Made by a program: the position numbers and the translations under genes. Source: Candidatus Parcubacteria bacterium (GTDB lineage: Bacteria > Patescibacteriota > Minisyncoccia > UBA9983). Taken from it: a stretch of DNA of 52,762 nt. This document shows, in pieces, positions 47,379-52,762 of this stretch. Each line of letters begins with the position of its first letter. Position 1 is the stretch's first letter. The stretch lies in assembly GCA_003599625.1 (NCBI GenBank), contig QZIU01000009.1, positions 1-52,762 on the forward strand, in the 5' to 3' direction. The notes under the pieces are model-generated. The model searched no databases, was not told the DNA's origin, and was given only the letters and a program-made list of their open reading frames with translations.

Positions 47379-47422
47379 CTCACTGTCACCTATCCGAGGC
47401 TATAGCAAAATGGGTGTCAGTC
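47379..47422. repeat. Tripartite palindrome, GCTATAGC family (copy 4)
   Basis: 47389-47410 is the exact reverse complement of 11810-11831; 47379-47393 is identical to 23801-23815. Confidence 0.8.
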
Positions 47423-47448
47423 AAAAAAGAAAAGATGGTTAAAGCGTT

Positions 47449-48732
47449 TTATCTTCTTACTTCCCAATCGGATTTGGCGTCGAGAGCGGCGAAGATTCTT
47501 TCCATTATGGAATTAACTTCTTCGTCCTTGAGAGTTCTGCCGGGCGACTGAAAGATGAGATGAAAAGCCAGACTTTTTTGTTCGTCGTTTTCATAGATGT
47601 CGAATAGATCGGTTTCCACAAGAAGTTCCCCCGCGGATGACTCAATAACGCCGAGGACATTTTCCACCTTCTCGAAATATGGAACAAAGACCGCAACATC
47701 CCGAACGATGGCCGGATACTTCGAAACCGGGACATATTCCAAATCCTCGTCGGCGATCTTTATGAGTTCCTCGAAGTTAAGTTCGAAAAAGTTATGGTCG
47801 ATCGCTCCAATATCGGAATTGCCAATTCTTATATCGGCCAAATTCGCTTCGCCCTCCTCGTAATAAAAATCGGTTATCCCCAACCCGGTCAATATCGCGT
47901 CCACCGTCCCCTTCATGGCGTAAAATCCGTCTTTTTCTTTTTTGCTTTGACTTATCGCGGCGGCCAAAGACAGAGTTTCTCCGCCAGCGGGAAAGGTCGA
48001 CCCTACCTCAAAAATCTTGACCTCCTTAAAATTTTTGCTGTTTTCTTTTACTACGTTCACCAACCCCTCCGAAAGCTTCGTTCTTAAAAATTTCTTGTCG
48101 CTTGAAGCGGGTTTATAAACTTCAAAAACGCCATTCCGGGCGAAAGAATAATTGTAAACCTCCGAAAATCCCATACCTGCCAAAATATTCCTGACTGCTT
48201 CGGCAAAAAACAGGATGTCGTTCCGTTTCGGAGGTAAAATGGTCGCCTCCGGCGCGATTTCAGGCACTTTTTCGTACCCGTAAATACGGACAATTTCTTC
48301 CAAAACATCTTCCTTTATCGAAACATCGGGCCTGAAGTCCGGAATTTGAACAACAATTCCTTCCTTGCCCGGTTTGATCGCGAAGCCGAGCCGGGAAAGA
48401 ATATTCTCGACTTCTTCCTTTGGAATATCGATGCCGATTATTTTCTTGGCCTCTGAAAATTTTACTTCAACGGCGGCGGGATAATTTTTTGCGGCGGGCA
48501 GATTTTTTGGCTCAACCTTAAGGATCGCGGCAATGTCCCTGATCGCTCCAAGATGATCGATAAAATCAAAGGCTCTGTTTGGTAAAACTTTAACATCGAA
48601 AACATAATCCCCTTCAGTCTCCTCGACCCCTTCCACTTCTTGAGAATGCATGGTCAAAAGATCCGCCAGCTTTTCCGGCTCCGGAAGTTTTTCCTCAAAA
48701 TATGATTGCAGCCAAGAATACCGTACCTTCAT
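47449..48732 (-). CDS. pheT: Phenylalanine--tRNA ligase beta subunit, reduced (no B2, no B3/B4)
   Basis: MKVRYSWL, LPNR..D..H.G.IRD, B5 motif RPDV..KEDVLEEIVRIYGY, B8 SKYPAIVRDVA; only 427 aa. Confidence 0.92.
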   Translation of the reverse strand: MKVRYSWLQSYFEEKLPEPEKLADLLTMHSQEVEGVEETEGDYVFDVKVLPNRAFDFIDHLGAIRDIAAILKVEPKNLPAAKNYPAAVEVKFSEAKKIIGIDIPKEEVENILSRLGFAIKPGKEGIVVQIPDFRPDVSIKEDVLEEIVRIYGYEKVPEIAPEATILPPKRNDILFFAEAVRNILAGMGFSEVYNYSFARNGVFEVYKPASSDKKFLRTKLSEGLVNVVKENSKNFKEVKIFEVGSTFPAGGETLSLAAAISQSKKEKDGFYAMKGTVDAILTGLGITDFYYEEGEANLADIRIGNSDIGAIDHNFFELNFEELIKIADEDLEYVPVSKYPAIVRDVAVFVPYFEKVENVLGVIESSAGELLVETDLFDIYENDEQKSLAFHLIFQSPGRTLKDEEVNSIMERIFAALDAKSDWEVRR

Positions 48733-48750
48733 AAATTAAAAATTTAAAAT

Positions 48751-49584
48751 TTAAAATTGATTCAAAAACCTCATATCTCCCGAATAAAACAGCCTCACGT
48801 CGTTGATCTTGTGCCTTATCATCGCCAACCGATCCATTCCGAAAGCAAACGCAAAACCCTGCCAGTCTTGCCCATTTAACTTGACGCTTTCCAAAACTTT
48901 CGGATGCACCATTCCCGCCCCCGCTATTTCCATCCATTTGCCTTTGAACTTCATATCTACCTCCACTCCCGGCTCTACGAACGGGAAAAAACTGGACCGA
49001 AATCTTATCTCTATGTCGTTATCGTCAAAAAACCTCTGAAGAAATATTTTCAGAACAGCCTTCAAATTTGCAAGATTCGTCTTCTTGTCTATCATCAGAC
49101 CTTCTATTTGGTAAAATTGAATCTCGTGTGTCGCGTCCGTAGCTTCGTTTCTGAAAACTCTTCCCGGCACGACTATCCTGAAGGGCGGCTGATGGCTTTC
49201 CATATAATGTATCTGGACGGAAGAGGTGTGCGTCCTGAGAAGAAGCTTATCATCCGGTTTGACTTCATGAGTCTTGCCGCCTGTCAAGCCAACTTCAAGC
49301 GAAGGCAATTCGATGCCGTTGACCGGCACGCCCTTTTTAAGCGGATTCTTGATCCAAAAAGTATCCTGCATGCCTCTTGCCGGATGCCCCGCCGGGATAT
49401 TGAGCGCGTCGAAGTTGAAGAACTCTAAATCCAATTCCGGACCAACCACAAGTTCAAATCCCATACTCGAAAAGATATCAAGCGCTCTGTTGATACTTTG
49501 CGTCAAAGGGTGGATATGGCCGGCTTCGCGCTTCACTCCGGGAGCCGAAATGTCTATGAAATTTTTAGCGTTTTTCTGAGACAT
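48751..49584 (-). CDS. pheS: Phenylalanine--tRNA ligase alpha subunit, N-terminally short
   Basis: GHIHPLTQ, NFDALNIP..HPAR.MQDTF, LRTHTS, FPFVEPG, GAGMVHP, AFGMDR. Confidence 0.96.
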   Translation of the reverse strand: MSQKNAKNFIDISAPGVKREAGHIHPLTQSINRALDIFSSMGFELVVGPELDLEFFNFDALNIPAGHPARGMQDTFWIKNPLKKGVPVNGIELPSLEVGLTGGKTHEVKPDDKLLLRTHTSSVQIHYMESHQPPFRIVVPGRVFRNEATDATHEIQFYQIEGLMIDKKTNLANLKAVLKIFLQRFFDDNDIEIRFRSSFFPFVEPGVEVDMKFKGKWMEIAGAGMVHPKVLESVKLNGQDWQGFAFAFGMDRLAMIRHKINDVRLFYSGDMRFLNQF

Positions 49585-49595
49585 TGTTTGGGTAA

Positions 49596-49604
49596 ATTAT
49601 ATCA
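49596..49604 (-). promoter_or_regulatory. Extended -10 (TGnTATAAT) upstream of pheS
   Basis: TGATATAAT on the minus strand, 11 nt before the ATG, overlapping the upstream stop codon. Confidence 0.55.
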
Positions 49605-51192
49605 TTTCGGGCTCTCGGGGACAAGGCTTCGAAAGGAGAATTGGAGTTTTGATTTTTCTGAATTTTTCCGTCACCCAGAAACCCATATACTTTCCCAGAA
49701 GCAATCTTGTTTGCGAATGAACTCCCGGAACAGAGCCGAACATGGGAATGGTGAACGGAATCAGCAGCCATTGCATGACCATGAAGAAATATTTCCTTTT
49801 TTTCGTTCCTTGAGGCAAAGGAGGAAGAAAACTCAAAGAAATTATCACCGACATCACCAGTCCGGCCATGGCTATATTCATCAAGTATTTGGTAATGATG
49901 GGCAGATTATAGGAAAGCAAGGTCTGATTAAACTCCCTTCCCCCTAAAAAAAGCGGGAGCCAGCCGAGGAAAAATATGATCAGCGGATTAGTCGCCAAAG
50001 ACCAGAACCCTTCCAGCTGAACAAATGTCCAGTACATTTTTTTTCCAATCGCCATTTTTTTGTCTTTCAAAAAACCAAAAAGAGAGTAAGGAATATTTTC
50101 CACCCCCCAAGTCCACCTGAGCTGCTGTTTGTAAACACTTTTGACGGTTTTCAAAAAAGTGGGCGCGAGATTGGCATCCATTGAAACCGGATAAGAAATC
50201 GGGACGACGGAATAATCTCCGCCGAATTTAAGATACGCCTGCCAGAAGATCCTAGAGTCTTCCGAGACGATATTTTTCTGCCAGTAACCTATTTCATGAA
50301 GAGCTTTGAAACTGACCGAATGAGAGGAAAAAGTGGCCAATCTCTCCGGACGTTCTTGCTGGATCATTTGCCAGAAAGTTCCGGAGGCCGCCACCACCCT
50401 TGAGAAAGCGGGGGCTTCCCAAATATTGTTGTTGTAGATCGGAATTGGTTGGAAAGAGGAACGATGCGGTTTTTCGCAAGTCCGGTAATGCCAGGTCAGA
50501 CAGAGGAAGTATTGCGGATAGACCCGCGTGTCTATGTCGAATGCGGAAACAAGAACATCTTCGTAGGCTATCCCGGACGGATCAAGGAGAAGTCTTCGCG
50601 CCTGCTCGGCGGCATAAGCGATGTTTGAACCTTTGCCGGGAATTTCTCCAGGCAGATCGGCGGGATGCCTACTCAGGAGGAATCGCCCGAATGATTCTTT
50701 GTATTTTCGTTTGACGATCTTAGCTTTTTTCTCCGCCTCTTCTCCGGCCTTCTCTTCGTAAGCCAGCACGACCATCATCTTGGATTTGTCCCACTTTGCG
50801 GCAAGGAGAGCTTCCATCGTTTCGGCAATGACATTCAGATCTTCTTTATAAAAAGGCAGTATCACCATCTGCCAGATATGGTCGTACTTGATATTTTCCA
50901 GTCTTTCCTGCCAGTCCAGCTTTAGGAAATGCCGCATTTTTTTCCAATTCGTCCGCAAATGGAGCGACAGATAGATTGTTTTAATGAGCCAATACAGGTC
51001 AAAGGCGATGATAAAGTAAGTCGCCCAAATGGGTAAAAGCCAGGAAACGGCCACGATCCCCGCCAAAGTCGCCCAAGTCAAAGAACCGGGAATCAACTCC
51101 AAAAAGCGGTAAATTACCCTGTCTTTACCGCTCAAATCCGACGCTTTCCCCGTGTTTAAATAATAAAATTCTGACAAATTAGTGGAGTCCAT
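49597..51192 (-). CDS. Family 2 glycosyltransferase, multi-TM
   Basis: GKGSNI, DxD (FDIDT), SED, QxxRW (KQQLRW), flanking TM helices. Confidence 0.85.
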   Translation of the reverse strand: MDSTNLSEFYYLNTGKASDLSGKDRVIYRFLELIPGSLTWATLAGIVAVSWLLPIWATYFIIAFDLYWLIKTIYLSLHLRTNWKKMRHFLKLDWQERLENIKYDHIWQMVILPFYKEDLNVIAETMEALLAAKWDKSKMMVVLAYEEKAGEEAEKKAKIVKRKYKESFGRFLLSRHPADLPGEIPGKGSNIAYAAEQARRLLLDPSGIAYEDVLVSAFDIDTRVYPQYFLCLTWHYRTCEKPHRSSFQPIPIYNNNIWEAPAFSRVVAASGTFWQMIQQERPERLATFSSHSVSFKALHEIGYWQKNIVSEDSRIFWQAYLKFGGDYSVVPISYPVSMDANLAPTFLKTVKSVYKQQLRWTWGVENIPYSLFGFLKDKKMAIGKKMYWTFVQLEGFWSLATNPLIIFFLGWLPLFLGGREFNQTLLSYNLPIITKYLMNIAMAGLVMSVIISLSFLPPLPQGTKKRKYFFMVMQWLLIPFTIPMFGSVPGVHSQTRLLLGKYMGFWVTEKFRKIKTPILLSKPCPREPEMI

Positions 51193-51268
51193 ATAAAAAT
51201 ATAAGCTCTTATTTCTCCAAATAAGAGCTTATTATATCAATATTCAAATAAAAACAAAATTACTTTAA

Positions 51269-51712
51269 TTAGTTCACGGAGATCCTTTTTATTAACTTGC
51301 TTATGTGATTCTTCAAGACAAGTTTTAGATTGCAATCATTGTTCTTGCAATCTCCGGAGCAATTTCCATCCCCAGCTATTAGTAGTTGTAAGGCAACGTA
51401 CCAACTTTTGGCTCTAACGTGCTGTGATGTCAAGTGATCAATACGAAGATCGCCATAAAAGATACTGATCGCAAAGCCGTCTCTGCCGAGACCAAGCCCC
51501 GTATTTCCTTTTACATGTCTCGGGACCAGCCGGAAACAAAAAAGGTTTTTATTAGTGATGCTCGGCTCTAAACCAAACTGGTCAAAGTCAAAGGTTACAT
51601 GCAACACCTTCAGATCTCCGTCCAGTTTGTTTTTATTCCTAAACTCCAGTAATCTTTTTGCCGCGACGCAATCATTGATTGGAATATCCCTCAAAAGCTT
51701 TTCTGAATACAT
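51269..51712 (-). CDS. Hypothetical protein
   Basis: 147-aa ORF with AAGGAG Shine-Dalgarno; no family recognised. Confidence 0.55.
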   Translation of the reverse strand: MYSEKLLRDIPINDCVAAKRLLEFRNKNKLDGDLKVLHVTFDFDQFGLEPSITNKNLFCFRLVPRHVKGNTGLGLGRDGFAISIFYGDLRIDHLTSQHVRAKSWYVALQLLIAGDGNCSGDCKNNDCNLKLVLKNHISKLIKRISVN

Positions 51713-51865
51713 AAATTCTCCTTTTTCTAATTCTATTTATGTTGACCCGTTACAAAGAAAGCCTTTAAAATTCAATCCATAAGCCCTTCTCCCCCGAATA
51801 AATTTCACAAATTAAAGTAACGATAAATTTCAAAAAGCTATTCCACTTAGCATTCTACAAAAAAT

Positions 51866-51958
51866 TCAAAAAAAATCCAGCAAAGTTATATGGATATGGT
51901 CTTTGTGATTCTTGAAATAATCCTCGGCTGTCTTATTGTAAACGTCTCTTAGGTTCAT
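51866..51958 (-). pseudogene. Possible N-terminal remnant of a class I SAM-dependent methyltransferase
   Basis: MNLRDVYNKTAEDYFKNHKDH..., stopped by TGA right after a T8 run. Family assignment is by recalled resemblance only. Confidence 0.3.
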
Positions 51959-51973
51959 CTATTAATTTTCCTC

Positions 51974-52624
51974 TTATTCCCTCTTTTTAAAAAAACTTAA
52001 GATTGCCTCCTTGTGTTCAGTATAAGTATTCATACTGTTAAGTTCTTCAACGGCAACCCACCGATAATCCATATTCTCATTCTTATCTAAAATAATTTCT
52101 TGTTTTTTATCAGGGAAATCGCACTGATAGATGACGGTAAAATGATTAATTCCCGATTTCCCGGTAAAAACAAAAGAACTTAGCGGAATACCAACTTCTA
52201 TATCGATTCCCAATTCCTCCTTTATTTCCCTCTTTAGTCCGTCCTCTAATTTTTCGCCCACATTTAATCTTCCTCCGGGCAGTTGCCACTGACCGTTAAA
52301 TTCTTGGACTAACAAGAATTTGCCATCATTTTCAATAAGAGCTCTTTGAGGAATATCGGCAATCAGATGATTATTATTGGCCGATTTTTCTTTGCCGAAA
52401 TATTTCTGAAAAGCGAGAATGAGCCACAAAACGCCAACGACAGCCGCAAAGATGGAAGCCGACCAAAGCTGGAGAGTAAGATAAGTAAACGCAAAAACCC
52501 CCAGAACGATTCCTGTTGTAAGACTGGTGAAGAGCGCGGGCTTATCTTTACCAAAGACAGACGGCAGCAATGCCGCCGCGAAAACAAACTGCCCGATCGA
52601 AAGCAACACATCTTGCCAAGACAT
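51974..52624 (-). CDS. 3-TM membrane domain fused to a NUDIX hydrolase
   Basis: Hydrophobic N-terminal ~75 aa; intact Nudix box GGRLNVGEKLEDGLKREIKEELG. Confidence 0.85.
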   Translation of the reverse strand: MSWQDVLLSIGQFVFAAALLPSVFGKDKPALFTSLTTGIVLGVFAFTYLTLQLWSASIFAAVVGVLWLILAFQKYFGKEKSANNNHLIADIPQRALIENDGKFLLVQEFNGQWQLPGGRLNVGEKLEDGLKREIKEELGIDIEVGIPLSSFVFTGKSGINHFTVIYQCDFPDKKQEIILDKNENMDYRWVAVEELNSMNTYTEHKEAILSFFKKRE

Positions 52625-52655
52625 AACATCATTCTAACTTACTTTTCCTTAAAAT

Positions 52656-52762
52656 TCATCTGCCAGTCTCCTCCCATACATAATGAGCCCCAAATGACTC
52701 CCCCGTCTCAGGGAAATGAGCCTCAAGGTCGATCTCTTCCCTAAGGCTGCGGATATCGCATG
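52656..52762 (-). CDS. 3' end of a gene running in from beyond the window (uncertain)
   Basis: Open frame CDIRSLREEIDLEAHFPETGESFGAHYVWEETGR* upstream of the NUDIX fusion. Confidence 0.3.
   Translation of the reverse strand, partial: CDIRSLREEIDLEAHFPETGESFGAHYVWEETGR

Noticed and set aside
1-52762. Alternative genetic code (TGA = Gly/Trp)
   Set aside because: TGA ends several full-length conserved genes (e.g. tyrS, Pif1), and ORFs are intact under code 11.
1-52762. Prophage, integrase or transposase
   Set aside because: No ORF shows recombinase, DDE/HUH transposase or phage structural motifs.

Overview
Chromosomal fragment that looks like a Patescibacteria/CPR (Parcubacteria-like) genome. 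This is inferred from reduced PheRS, ProRS and DnaX, GerMN/Gmad2 proteins, an orphan VirD4-like ATPase and many apparently leaderless genes. Nearly all genes are on the minus strand and TGA is used as a stop. The left ~11.5 kb, on the 3' side of a tRNA-Gln(UUG), is an accessory zone: tyrS-pheA, an HD hydrolase, three small P-loop kinases, an HExxH protein, Pif1, an orphan ParA and a DrrAB-like exporter. The rest is housekeeping (mreBC-mrdA, proS, rseP, frr, holB, dnaX, serS, dprA, pheST) interleaved with single accessory genes (RhuM-Fic, Ku-LigD, HepT-MntA, malic enzyme, MPG). No rRNA, CRISPR array, integrase or transposase was seen. The strongest unexplained signals are: (1) a 141-bp duplication of the tRNA-Gln 3' end enclosing a tRNA-mimicking fold; (2) a dispersed family of tripartite GCTATAGC-centred palindromes, two of which bracket the malic enzyme gene; (3) a PheRS lacking its editing domain, in the same window as a tyrS-coupled prephenate dehydratase that has lost the ESRP feedback motif; (4) a protein made almost entirely of GD-heptad repeats; (5) an SGNH pseudo-enzyme. 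All product calls come from motif recognition by eye; no database search was run.
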